This document shows, piece after piece, positions 26,075 through 34,457 of a stretch of 34,592 nucleotides of DNA. A program made the translations under genes and the position numbers. This DNA is from a virus. Its lineage: Duplodnaviria; Caudoviricetes. Under the pieces are notes generated by a model. It saw only the letters and a program-made list of their open reading frames with translations, did not search any database and was not told the DNA's origin. The first letter of the stretch is position 1. Each line of letters begins with the position of its first letter. The DNA is taken from the IMG/VR virus record IMGVR_UViG_3300011335_000743, positions 1-34,592 of that record. One strand, written 5' to 3'.

Positions 26075-27898
26075 CTATTGAACTTGTTTGTTTGAAACTT
26101 CTGCTTGTGCTAACTCAGCTGCCATATCTTCAGGCAACATTTCTGGACCTGCAGGCATTGGTGGCATCATCTGCTCTTTAAGTGATAGGGCGTCATTGAT
26201 CCACTTCTGCAATAGATCCAACCTTTCAACAGGTAAGCCCCTGGACTTCATTCTTAAGTAAGTTGAGTTCATGTATTGGATGCCGTAATCAAGGTTCTGA
26301 TATGGTTCTGGTGGATTATAAACACCGTCTTCAATGATAGTGTAAACAGTCCACTTAATGTCATCTGTACCTGCGTTCTTATTCTCAGTAATCTCAGAAA
26401 CATCAGGAAACTCTAATAGACTTAATCCTTCTTGTGGTTCCAATAATCCTGCTGCAAGCATTTCCTGGACGTAAGCAAGTCTACCTGCAGGAGTTTTAGG
26501 CAACATTGAAGTTGGATAAACCTGCATCACATACTCAGAGTTCTTTAGTTTGATCTTTTTGAAGTCAATTTTCTGCGCACCATACTTATCAGGCGAAAGG
26601 ACAACTACATCACCACCTTCTTCAGCTATCTGTTTTGAGTGATCAATAATAGCGTCTGCAATATCAAGGTGAAACTGCTCCCATGCTTGTGCAAGCTCTG
26701 CAAATCTCTCTGTCTCAATATCATTGTACTCTCTTAGTGCTTTACCAGAGTCTAATCCACTTGGCTTTTTAGACTGTGCAGTAAGCTGAGATAGTCCAAT
26801 CTCTTCAAATGCTTTTTGGTAAACAGTAAGAAACCAGTCAATTGCTACAGGATTAATACCCATAGGAAAGTTATAAGCAGGAGGTGCACCTTTGTACTTA
26901 ATGATCGTCCCTACTTCGTTATTGAAATGTGTATCAATAATCTCACTCATATAATCGACCAAGATGTTTGGTGAGCTCATGATATTCATGGACCTTGATA
27001 TACGTCTAAGCATCCTGTTTAGTTCTATTTGATGCCCTGTAATGATCTCGGCAACTCCTTTACCGTAATAACCAACAGCGTTTGGCACGTACTGAATTCT
27101 GGTGTAAGGGATCTTCTCTCTTTTAAAGTCTTCGTAAACAAATGTAGCGGTAGAAATACCGATGAAGTGCTTACCAGGATGAAGGATCTCTTTACCTTCT
27201 TTATCGACGGTCTTATGTGCAACTCTGTACGCTTCAACAACAACGGCAAGTTGATGGTTTGACTCAAACGAATCTATGAAGAATGGAATATCTGAGATTG
27301 ATGCTTCATCGATCTCTTGTTTAAAGTCAGGGTACTTCTCTTTTAAAGTTCCCTTATCAACTACTCTTACCTCATAAATAGTTTTAGGTTCCTGTGCATA
27401 CATGACTTCTGCTTGGTTAACGATAAGAGACGGTTTAAAAACTCTCTTTACGTTTATGTTACCTTGCGAGTCATGCCAGTGCTTAACGAAACCATCTCCG
27501 AATATACAGGCATCTCTTAATGCTTTCTTAGTTTCTTCATACACTTTAGATTTATAGAACTGGCCGTAAGTGTACTTAGTTAACTTCTTAGCTTGTTGCT
27601 GCATACCCCAGTCACCATCATCGGTAAGAAAGGTAGGACGGACTTTATTTTTAGCAATCTTAGAAACAAGTGTGTTAGTCGCAGACTGAACCACGTTCAT
27701 CGTGAACTTAGCATCCAAAGTGTCAAACGTAAGATTAAAAGTAAAAGCAGAATAAAGAGGTAACCCAGAATATAATCTAAAATGCCTTTCATCTAAATCT
27801 TCCTGTGCAGTTTGATTGCGTCTAATATTACCTGCAGTCTCAAATACTCTTTTATGTGGTTCTGAATCTTGTTCCCACCAAGTTGTTTTATATTCCAT
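26075..27898 (-). CDS. Portal protein
   Basis: 607 aa downstream of TerL; DACIFGDGFVK and SGKAL portal-type motifs; P/M/Q-rich tail. Confidence 0.85.
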   Translation of the reverse strand: MEYKTTWWEQDSEPHKRVFETAGNIRRNQTAQEDLDERHFRLYSGLPLYSAFTFNLTFDTLDAKFTMNVVQSATNTLVSKIAKNKVRPTFLTDDGDWGMQQQAKKLTKYTYGQFYKSKVYEETKKALRDACIFGDGFVKHWHDSQGNINVKRVFKPSLIVNQAEVMYAQEPKTIYEVRVVDKGTLKEKYPDFKQEIDEASISDIPFFIDSFESNHQLAVVVEAYRVAHKTVDKEGKEILHPGKHFIGISTATFVYEDFKREKIPYTRIQYVPNAVGYYGKGVAEIITGHQIELNRMLRRISRSMNIMSSPNILVDYMSEIIDTHFNNEVGTIIKYKGAPPAYNFPMGINPVAIDWFLTVYQKAFEEIGLSQLTAQSKKPSGLDSGKALREYNDIETERFAELAQAWEQFHLDIADAIIDHSKQIAEEGGDVVVLSPDKYGAQKIDFKKIKLKNSEYVMQVYPTSMLPKTPAGRLAYVQEMLAAGLLEPQEGLSLLEFPDVSEITENKNAGTDDIKWTVYTIIEDGVYNPPEPYQNLDYGIQYMNSTYLRMKSRGLPVERLDLLQKWINDALSLKEQMMPPMPAGPEMLPEDMAAELAQAEVSNKQVQ

Positions 27899-28113
27899 TA
27901 CAGTGCCTTATGTTTAAGTGACGTTGAACTATAGTAGAGATCATCTTCAGTTATTTTTTCAGGCTTAATGTTAGATGACAATGCTTCGCTATTATCTGCA
28001 ATGTATTTAACAGGACTAATCTTTACCTCGAGATCACCTAGCTTAAAGTTTTCAACATGGTGACTTTTAATCACATGAAGCAATTTATCGATCTCTTCAA
28101 TACTGTAGCTCAT
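27898..28113 (-). CDS. Small hypothetical protein between TerL and portal
   Basis: Overlaps both neighbours. Confidence 0.65.
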   Translation of the reverse strand: MSYSIEEIDKLLHVIKSHHVENFKLGDLEVKISPVKYIADNSEALSSNIKPEKITEDDLYYSSTSLKHKAL

Positions 28114-29476
28114 TTTGTTTTCTCCTAATGTCGGTTAATCTTTTTGCAAACTGATCCATATATTCGTTTGAGTTCATATCTAATGGCGGGGCTTCTTCTT
28201 TCCATAAATAGTTACGTGCTTCCCTCCAAGCATACAAGAATGAATCATTTTGATCATTGGGTATTCTTGGATCTTCATCCTGTTTAGTAGGATCTTTCCA
28301 CTGTAGTTGATCTTGTTCTTCAATGAGTGAGTCACACTTACCTTGAAAATATTTAACCCTTCCTCTGGTTATATCGTCAGCAAGAATCTTAAGGAATGAT
28401 GCCTTATCGGTCTTCTGCGCAGGCATCAATGGAATGAAATGCCTGTTCTTCATCTCTTCAACACCTTGCTTGTTAGCACCATCAATGATGACTCTTCCTA
28501 CTGGGTATGATCTTAGATAATGCTTTATCTTGTTTGCTGTGTCGGTAAGGTCCATTTCACGCTCTTTATATGACTCAACAACGTAAAGATCAGGTGACTT
28601 GTTATGAAACCCAACTAACGTAAAAGCTGTAGCATCATTAAAGCCAATATCAACACCGAGAATATAAGTAGGATTAACAAGATCAATGGCAGGAATGACT
28701 GTGTCCTTGTTGATGCGGATAATAAGTAGCCTATCATCTGCACACCACTCATTTAGGTAATGTGTTTTATATTCTGATGTGAGTTTAAATGTTGGATTAT
28801 ACTTCTCAATCCAGTCAATATGCTCCTTCCACTTATCTGCAATGTAGGGATTATCAAAAGCAGTCCATTTATGAACGGACCATCCAGGCTCAAGTCCACT
28901 TGTGACAGCTTCAAAATAAGTTTTAGGTATATTTTCTGCAGTCCCGAGTAGAGTTAATCGCCCATTCATATCAGTCAATGCGGGCAAGATCATCTGAAGG
29001 CATATTTTCTTTAAATCCTGGGTAATAGAACCTGCTTCATCGATCTTAACGGTTTTATACTTACCACCCAGGATCTTTCGCATCTCTTTATAAGACGAAT
29101 CTAATCCAAACAGTCTTATTTCAGATTTGTTTGCTAACTTAATAATGCCTTGTTGTTCGTTGGATCTAAATTGAATTTTCTTTAACTCTAGCTCGCTTAA
29201 AAACATATCCCATATAATATTTTTAGCTGATCCAAGGGTAAGAGCACCATATAGGTGTTTAGTCTCTGGGTTCTCAAATGCAGACTGTAGTGTCTCTTTG
29301 GCTTCACCTGTGGACTTGCCTGCTCTTCGTGTACATTGGATTGCTTTTAATATGGACTTGTCTTTAGCTGCTTGGAACTGTTTAGTGAACTTATCATCTA
29401 GGAAGTTGATCTTTACACCAACACCACGTCTTTCTAACTCTTCTAATATCTCTTTTAAGAGTTTTATTTTATCCAT
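28097..29476 (-). CDS. terL: Terminase large subunit
   Basis: Walker A TRRAGKS, Walker B VKIDEA, RNase H-like GVDIGFND and DQND. Confidence 0.95.
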   Translation of the reverse strand: MDKIKLLKEILEELERRGVGVKINFLDDKFTKQFQAAKDKSILKAIQCTRRAGKSTGEAKETLQSAFENPETKHLYGALTLGSAKNIIWDMFLSELELKKIQFRSNEQQGIIKLANKSEIRLFGLDSSYKEMRKILGGKYKTVKIDEAGSITQDLKKICLQMILPALTDMNGRLTLLGTAENIPKTYFEAVTSGLEPGWSVHKWTAFDNPYIADKWKEHIDWIEKYNPTFKLTSEYKTHYLNEWCADDRLLIIRINKDTVIPAIDLVNPTYILGVDIGFNDATAFTLVGFHNKSPDLYVVESYKEREMDLTDTANKIKHYLRSYPVGRVIIDGANKQGVEEMKNRHFIPLMPAQKTDKASFLKILADDITRGRVKYFQGKCDSLIEEQDQLQWKDPTKQDEDPRIPNDQNDSFLYAWREARNYLWKEEAPPLDMNSNEYMDQFAKRLTDIRRKQNELQY

Positions 29477-30257
29477 TTAGAATATTTTTAAATATGTGGG
29501 CAATAACGTCAACAGTCCAACCATTACCTAGCATTTTATATGCCTGAGTATTTGATACATTTATCTTGTAATCATCTGGAACGGTTTGAAGTCTTTTGCA
29601 CTCAAGTAAAGTTAGTTTTCTAATTATTGATTTATCTGATTTCTTAAATACAACTTGTCGTCTTTTTTTAGCAAGGTATTGCTCTAAATTTGTTCCCTTG
29701 AAATAATTTGCATCAATGCAATAAGATTTGTCCCTGTCTACCAATCCATGCTCAATTATATCTGACAATACAATGCCCTTATCTGTGTATTCTGATATGG
29801 GGATGTTGGTCCAATATAATCTGGTCCTTTTTTGAGCAGAAAAATCAGAGCTTTCTATTTTTACTGGTCCAACTCCTAAATGATCGCTAATCACATTTTC
29901 AGACTCTTTTTTCATCCTGACATTTTCAAGTAAAAACCATTTCGGCTTTAATTCTTTTAATGCTCTTACATACTCAAAAAATAATGCGGATCTTGGATCA
30001 TTAAAGTTAAGCTGCTTGCCTGCAAATGAAAATCCTTGGCATGGAGATCCACCAATTAAAAGATCAATTTTTGGAAGTGTTTTAAAGTCTATCTTGGTTA
30101 CATCACCCAAGTGAACTGTGTTAGGAAAGTTATCTTTAGTTACTTGGATTGCATACTTATCAATTTCAGAAGCAAAATAGTTGTCGTATTTAATTCCTGC
30201 CTTATTTAAGGCAATTTGACCGCAAGACATTCCATCAAACAAAGATAATACGTTCAT
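29469..30257 (-). CDS. DNA (cytosine-5)-methyltransferase
   Basis: SLFDG (I), GGSPCQGFS (IV), LENV (VI), QKRTR (VIII), LGNGW (X). Confidence 0.95.
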   Translation of the reverse strand: MNVLSLFDGMSCGQIALNKAGIKYDNYFASEIDKYAIQVTKDNFPNTVHLGDVTKIDFKTLPKIDLLIGGSPCQGFSFAGKQLNFNDPRSALFFEYVRALKELKPKWFLLENVRMKKESENVISDHLGVGPVKIESSDFSAQKRTRLYWTNIPISEYTDKGIVLSDIIEHGLVDRDKSYCIDANYFKGTNLEQYLAKKRRQVVFKKSDKSIIRKLTLLECKRLQTVPDDYKINVSNTQAYKMLGNGWTVDVIAHIFKNILNG

Positions 30258-30266
30258 TTATTTTAT

Positions 30267-30354
30267 TGGCGGAGAGAGTAGGATTTGAACCCACGGATCC
30301 TTTCAGACCTTCGGTTTTCAAAACCGACGCAATAGACCACTCTGCCATCTCTCC
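30267..30354 (-). tRNA. trnS: tRNA-Ser (anticodon TGA), CCA encoded
   Basis: Acceptor GGAGAGA/TCTCTCC plus GCCA; anticodon arm TCGGT-TTTGAAA-ACCGA; long variable arm GGTCT-GAAA-GGATC; T-loop TTCAAAT. Confidence 0.95.
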
Positions 30355-30356
30355 GA

Positions 30357-31088
30357 TTATTTTTCCTCACAAAAAATACCACACTCAATAGCTTTTTTGC
30401 TCGATTTATATTTAACATTGTCAGGAACTTCATCTAAGAATAATCTTTTACCTTTATGCTTAACCAGTCTAACGCCTATACGTTTTGATTGCTCATCACG
30501 CTGATCCCAAACATCTTTAAAGGTACTTTTAACTAGGTTCCAATATCCTGGACTAGATGACTTCACACATCCAATACAGTTTGCATTAGGAAAACCTAGT
30601 GAATAAATTTTTGGTAATTCAATCCCACTCTCTTTTATAATATTAAAGCAATCTGCCTTGGTTATTTTTAAGTCAATTAATACAGGTAAAACGTTTGATC
30701 TTTCAGTTAAAACAAATCTTTCATGCCTTTTAACTTCATCAAACGTAAACCCTAAAACATGATGATCTGGTTTATTCAACAATTCCCATTCTTGCCTAGC
30801 TTTCTTTTTTAGCTCTTGAGTGCATGGCGCACCACGGACGCCTGACATATACTTCTTTTTTTCCCAAACATCATAAGCACTGGCACTTGGGTATTTAGAA
30901 TTGTGTGCAAACTCTATTTTTACACCTAACCAGATTTCAACATTTTTTAAAAATCTAAGATTGTCTTCATGTTCTTCTTTTACAGGATTGTTAATGATCC
31001 TTATCTCATGATCTTTGCCATATAACTCAATAGTTTTCTTGGCAGCAACTGCAGACGCAGCACCACATGAGAACCAGACAGCTATCAT
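30357..31088 (-). CDS. PAPS-reductase-like adenine nucleotide alpha-hydrolase, Cys-rich
   Basis: PP-loop-like WFSCGAAS; APCTQELKK, NANCIGCVK and C-terminal ECGIFC. Confidence 0.8.
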   Translation of the reverse strand: MIAVWFSCGAASAVAAKKTIELYGKDHEIRIINNPVKEEHEDNLRFLKNVEIWLGVKIEFAHNSKYPSASAYDVWEKKKYMSGVRGAPCTQELKKKARQEWELLNKPDHHVLGFTFDEVKRHERFVLTERSNVLPVLIDLKITKADCFNIIKESGIELPKIYSLGFPNANCIGCVKSSSPGYWNLVKSTFKDVWDQRDEQSKRIGVRLVKHKGKRLFLDEVPDNVKYKSSKKAIECGIFCEEK

Positions 31089-31297
31089 TTCTCAACTTTA
31101 TCTTCTGCTTTAACAAGATATGCAATGTTGGTGTTGAAAACTATGACCTGCTTGTTAATATCCTTCATTTTTACAAGTACAGCACTTAGGTTTTTATCCC
31201 ATGATAGTTCTGTGTAAGCATCTGCAGCGATAAATGTTTCATTCTTATTATTAGGAAGTCTAACTGCCTGTGCAAAACAAACTGACAATACTTTCAT
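31085..31297 (-). CDS. Small hypothetical beta-rich protein
   Basis: GAGG RBS; ATGA coupling to the downstream gene. Confidence 0.6.
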   Translation of the reverse strand: MKVLSVCFAQAVRLPNNKNETFIAADAYTELSWDKNLSAVLVKMKDINKQVIVFNTNIAYLVKAEDKVEK

Positions 31298-31305
31298 GTT
31301 AACCT

Positions 31306-31716
31306 CTATGAATAAAATTTAAATCGATTGTATTCTACTTCGTAGTTCTTCTTAATGTAATTTATAAACTTAGTGTAATGAGACACCGTGATTGCTTTCT
31401 TAGACTTATAAAAATGATTCAGCAGTGCCTTGCAAATACCCACATTCCTAAATGCAGTCTTCGTAAAACAATAATGAAGTGTGTAATCAATGCCAAACAC
31501 GGCATATCCTAGGATAAAGTCATCATCATTGTTCGTATAAGCTATGTAACACTGGATCTCTTCGTCTTTTAGCTTTTTATCAAACAGGTCTTTTATCCCA
31601 TCATGATAAATTGAGAACTTCTCCATTTTACCAGACGAGTATTCGTAGGCTGACTTGGACCAGGACGAGACTATGAAGTTATAATCATCTTCCCGGTAAG
31701 GTCTTACCTGAATCAT
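31306..31716 (-). CDS. GNAT-like acetyltransferase
   Basis: IQVRPYREDD, ILGYAVF and LHYCFTKTAFRNVGICKALL motif A-like segment. Confidence 0.7.
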   Translation of the reverse strand: MIQVRPYREDDYNFIVSSWSKSAYEYSSGKMEKFSIYHDGIKDLFDKKLKDEEIQCYIAYTNNDDDFILGYAVFGIDYTLHYCFTKTAFRNVGICKALLNHFYKSKKAITVSHYTKFINYIKKNYEVEYNRFKFYS

Positions 31717-32081
31717 TGACGTATTTCTTCCAAGATCTCTTCTGCTCTTGCAACTAAGTCTTCGGTGTCTTTCTTGCTAACCTCAATAGTTGTTGATTCA
31801 ACTCTGTCAGTCCATTTACACTTATTTTTCATCTGAAAGACCCATGAAGTAGCGTTAAAGTTTGGTATTAATCCCTTCATTGCATCTATGCCAGTCTTCT
31901 CATAAAACATAAGCATCTTAGCGAACCCTATGTTTTTACTGTATAAAAACGCTTCATGTCGTTTCTCCCACTTATACAAACAATCCCTAGTCACTCCTAA
32001 CTTACCTGCAAATGACTCATAGCTATAACCCTCTGCCATGTGCTCAACTAGCATCTGACAATACTCTTCTTTCCACTTCAT
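31713..32081 (-). CDS. terS: Terminase small subunit (HTH); probable start 32081
   Basis: EEYCQMLVEHMAEGYSYESFAGKLGVTRDCLYKW HTH and FQMKNKCKWTDR; AGGA RBS before ATG 32081. Confidence 0.8.
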   Translation of the reverse strand: MKWKEEYCQMLVEHMAEGYSYESFAGKLGVTRDCLYKWEKRHEAFLYSKNIGFAKMLMFYEKTGIDAMKGLIPNFNATSWVFQMKNKCKWTDRVESTTIEVSKKDTEDLVARAEEILEEIRQ

Positions 32082-32085
32082 AAAT

Positions 32086-32280
32086 TTATTCCTGGGATTT
32101 TGACATTGATACAAACGCAACTTGCAACAACCGTTCGTTGCTTGCAAAACACTTAAATAGATTTGTAATGAGAATGGCCTGATCTGGATTTATTTCTAAA
32201 CTGACTTTAATTGAACCGTCTAACTTGGTGGAAATGCTTGATAATACTGCTTCTGTTGATCCAATTTCTTTTAATTCCAT
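32086..32280 (-). CDS. Hypothetical protein
   Basis: First ORF after the candidate late promoter. Confidence 0.6.
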   Translation of the reverse strand: MELKEIGSTEAVLSSISTKLDGSIKVSLEINPDQAILITNLFKCFASNERLLQVAFVSMSKSQE

Positions 32281-32307
32281 CGCAACTCTCTTTAATGGTA
32301 ATGCTCT

Positions 32308-32335
32308 ATGCTAACCATTTAAATCAAGTTTGCAA
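32308..32335 (-). promoter_or_regulatory. Candidate sigma70-type promoter for the packaging/structural operon
   Basis: TTGCAA-16 bp-TAGCAT in the intergenic gap upstream of terS. Confidence 0.4.
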
Positions 32336-32344
32336 ATATTTTAA

Positions 32345-32590
32345 TTAATCCTTTAAATCCCATGCCTCTAAATAACCCTTAAACTTCTCAATCTCTTGAT
32401 TAAGTTTGGTATTTTCAGACTCTAATTCATCAATCTCTTTTTGCTTATATTCACAAGCGGATTGCCATGCTTCTTCAGTGTGCCTGAGTTTATGAATGAA
32501 AGTGTGTTTAAATTCTTCAACCAGTTCAGGTGCAATATTAAATTTTTCTGTACACCACTTCTCAAACGCTTCTTTGTCTTGGTCGTTCAT
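32345..32590 (-). CDS. Hypothetical protein
   Basis: EAFEKW...EAWQSAC plus coiled coil, common phage accessory pattern. Confidence 0.6.
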   Translation of the reverse strand: MNDQDKEAFEKWCTEKFNIAPELVEEFKHTFIHKLRHTEEAWQSACEYKQKEIDELESENTKLNQEIEKFKGYLEAWDLKD

Positions 32591-32961
32591 TTTTTCTCCA
32601 ATTCTTTTAATACTTGTCTGGCACTTTTGCCGCCACTTAATTCACCTACCATGTGACAGCAAGTGTCTTTTGTATCGGTGTCTTGACAAGCGGCCCACAC
32701 TTGTCCATCTTCATCAGCATAAAAAATTACACAGTCTCTTAGCTTGGCATTTTCAAGTTCTAATCTTTCATTCTCTGCTTTTAATCCATCTAAATGTTTT
32801 TGGTAAAGTTTATGCTCATGCTTAAGTTGATCAATCCATTTTTGCTCATTACCTTTAACTTGGCAGTAACAGTAAATCTTAGTCTCTGGTCCTGGGATTA
32901 CTACATGCGGATCTGACTCGGTTAAGAATTGAGATTGGCATATTTCACAAGTAAGTATCAT
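32587..32961 (-). CDS. Hypothetical Zn-ribbon / coiled-coil protein
   Basis: CEIC...CYC; GGAG RBS. Confidence 0.6.
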   Translation of the reverse strand: MILTCEICQSQFLTESDPHVVIPGPETKIYCYCQVKGNEQKWIDQLKHEHKLYQKHLDGLKAENERLELENAKLRDCVIFYADEDGQVWAACQDTDTKDTCCHMVGELSGGKSARQVLKELEKK

Positions 32962-32969
32962 TTAAACTC

Positions 32970-33353
32970 CTATTGCTCCGCTCTGTAATTACCATCTTGT
33001 CTTATGTCATTACAAGATTTGCATATTCTGGAAGTAGGTTTTTCATAAACCTTAGAATATTCTTTGTTTATTATTCCCTTGCTCCATAGTCTACATAAAG
33101 TGTCTTTACCGTCCCATAAATGACAAACGGTATTTGTTACTTTTAAATATCCAGAGCTATTTAAAGGCAATCTTTTATTTGTAAACGTATTAGAATTTTT
33201 ATTAGATATATATCGTTCGGTTATATTGCAAGCACTTGTAAAACCTAAAATTAAGTTTTTTTCTAATTCTGGATATTTTTTTATAATATTAATAATTTCG
33301 TAATTAACATTCATCCAGTCATCAAAAATTTGTTTTAATTCTTGATTATTCAT
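32970..33353 (-). CDS. Hypothetical protein with C-terminal His/Cys motif; probable start 33353
   Basis: ATG overlaps the HNH 3' end; HLWDGKDTLC...ICKSC. Confidence 0.55.
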   Translation of the reverse strand: MNNQELKQIFDDWMNVNYEIINIIKKYPELEKNLILGFTSACNITERYISNKNSNTFTNKRLPLNSSGYLKVTNTVCHLWDGKDTLCRLWSKGIINKEYSKVYEKPTSRICKSCNDIRQDGNYRAEQ

Positions 33354-33906
33354 TGATTGCCCTAAAGTCTGTAAAGTCAGTGTTAGACTTGCCTTTATTG
33401 CAGTTATCACAAAGAATTTGAAGGTTATCAAAATTAAATCTTAATTCCCAAAATAGTGATATTGGCTTTATGTGATCAACGCATATTTTGTCTGTTTTAT
33501 TAGTTGCACCACATAGCTGACATTTTGGGCCATATTCTTTTAACGCTTTTAACCTAAGTGCTTGCCATTCCCAAGATTCATAAAACTTTATTTTTATTGC
33601 CCTAGCAACTTTTTTACTTTTTGATTTATTAGATTCTTTTTTCTTCTTAGCAACTGGTAAATATTTTTGTACATCTGCAACACGAAGGTCATACATCAGT
33701 TTTAAACTTAGAATATTGTCTTTTTTCACCATCTGTTGCTTAACAATTTGTCCGTTAATTATCATTTCAGTATCAATAAAATCCTCAGGCTTACATATAC
33801 ACCTACAGAACTTGTTTACTCTAAGACCAGTGGATTGCCTTAAACACAGAGGACATTCTGGAAAGTTTCTTTTAAATTTTAGTGCCTTCTTCTCAGCTTT
33901 AGACAT
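33346..33906 (-). CDS. HNH endonuclease (McrA-like) with extra N-terminal Cys cluster
   Basis: CQLCG...VDHIKP...NLQILCDNCNKGKSN; N-terminal CPLC...CRCIC. Confidence 0.9.
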   Translation of the reverse strand: MSKAEKKALKFKRNFPECPLCLRQSTGLRVNKFCRCICKPEDFIDTEMIINGQIVKQQMVKKDNILSLKLMYDLRVADVQKYLPVAKKKKESNKSKSKKVARAIKIKFYESWEWQALRLKALKEYGPKCQLCGATNKTDKICVDHIKPISLFWELRFNFDNLQILCDNCNKGKSNTDFTDFRAINE

Positions 33907-33909
33907 AGT

Positions 33910-34350
33910 TCAACCATTCCTTGCATATGTATTAACTCATATTTTGTGCAGGTATATCACTTCCTAGCTATCACATGACTTCGTTGTGTAGTTTTTACAT
34001 AGTGCAATTCTCAGGTTTGTAGGAGTATCCGAGTTAAACCTTTATCAGGAAAATTCGCACAACGATCGTCACTTCTTCGCTAGTATATCTTTAGTGTCTT
34101 AGTACGTTTGAATGGGAACAACTTGCTGTGATTCTAACCTACTCAGCTAAGTTCCTTGCTGTCCCATAAATCTGAATGTCCACTATCTGGTAGAGAATAC
34201 CAATTTCTGCTCAGGTTTGTTTTTAGCATGACTAACGCTGCATAAAAGTCATTTGAGAATTGTTTATATTTTTGTTCTTAAGCTGTAAAGAGATAGGGAG
34301 GCAATAGCATGGGTGCTGCAACTCCCTAAAGGATGTGATACTCGCCCATT
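33910..34350 (-). ncRNA. Candidate ~440-nt structured leader / non-coding RNA
   Basis: No long ORF on the transcribed strand; many complementary segment pairs; bounded by a promoter and the HNH RBS. Confidence 0.55.
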
Positions 34351-34356
34351 TTTCTT

Positions 34357-34385
34357 ATAGTATAATAAATTCAAATAGTTGTAAA
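34357..34385 (-). promoter_or_regulatory. Leftward sigma70-type promoter
   Basis: TTTACA (34385-34380), 17 bp, TACTAT (34362-34357); start site about 34350. Confidence 0.6.
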
Positions 34386-34428
34386 CAGTTTCTAATGTGT
34401 AGTTATTGCATTATGCTAAGTTTCTGGC

Positions 34429-34457
34429 TTTACATTCCTTTCAGGTTAAATTAAGTT
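34429..34457 (+). promoter_or_regulatory. Rightward sigma70-type promoter
   Basis: TTTACA (34429-34434), 17 bp, TAAGTT (34452-34457); divergent from the leftward promoter with the same -35; reads into the ORF at 24. Confidence 0.5.

Noticed and set aside
30267-30354. tRNA as an attP site indicating a temperate lifestyle
   Set aside because: It is a full-length tRNA inside the late operon and no integrase is present.
31085-31297. Hfq/Sm-like fold for the 70-aa ORF (QVIVFNTNIAYL)
   Set aside because: Resemblance is limited to one short strand motif; too weak without a profile search.
34075-34135. Group I intron-like words on the minus strand (AATCACAGCAAG, TTCAAACGTACTAAG, AAGATATACTAG)
   Set aside because: The canonical P7 GACUA/UAGUC pairing is absent and no interrupted gene flanks the region.
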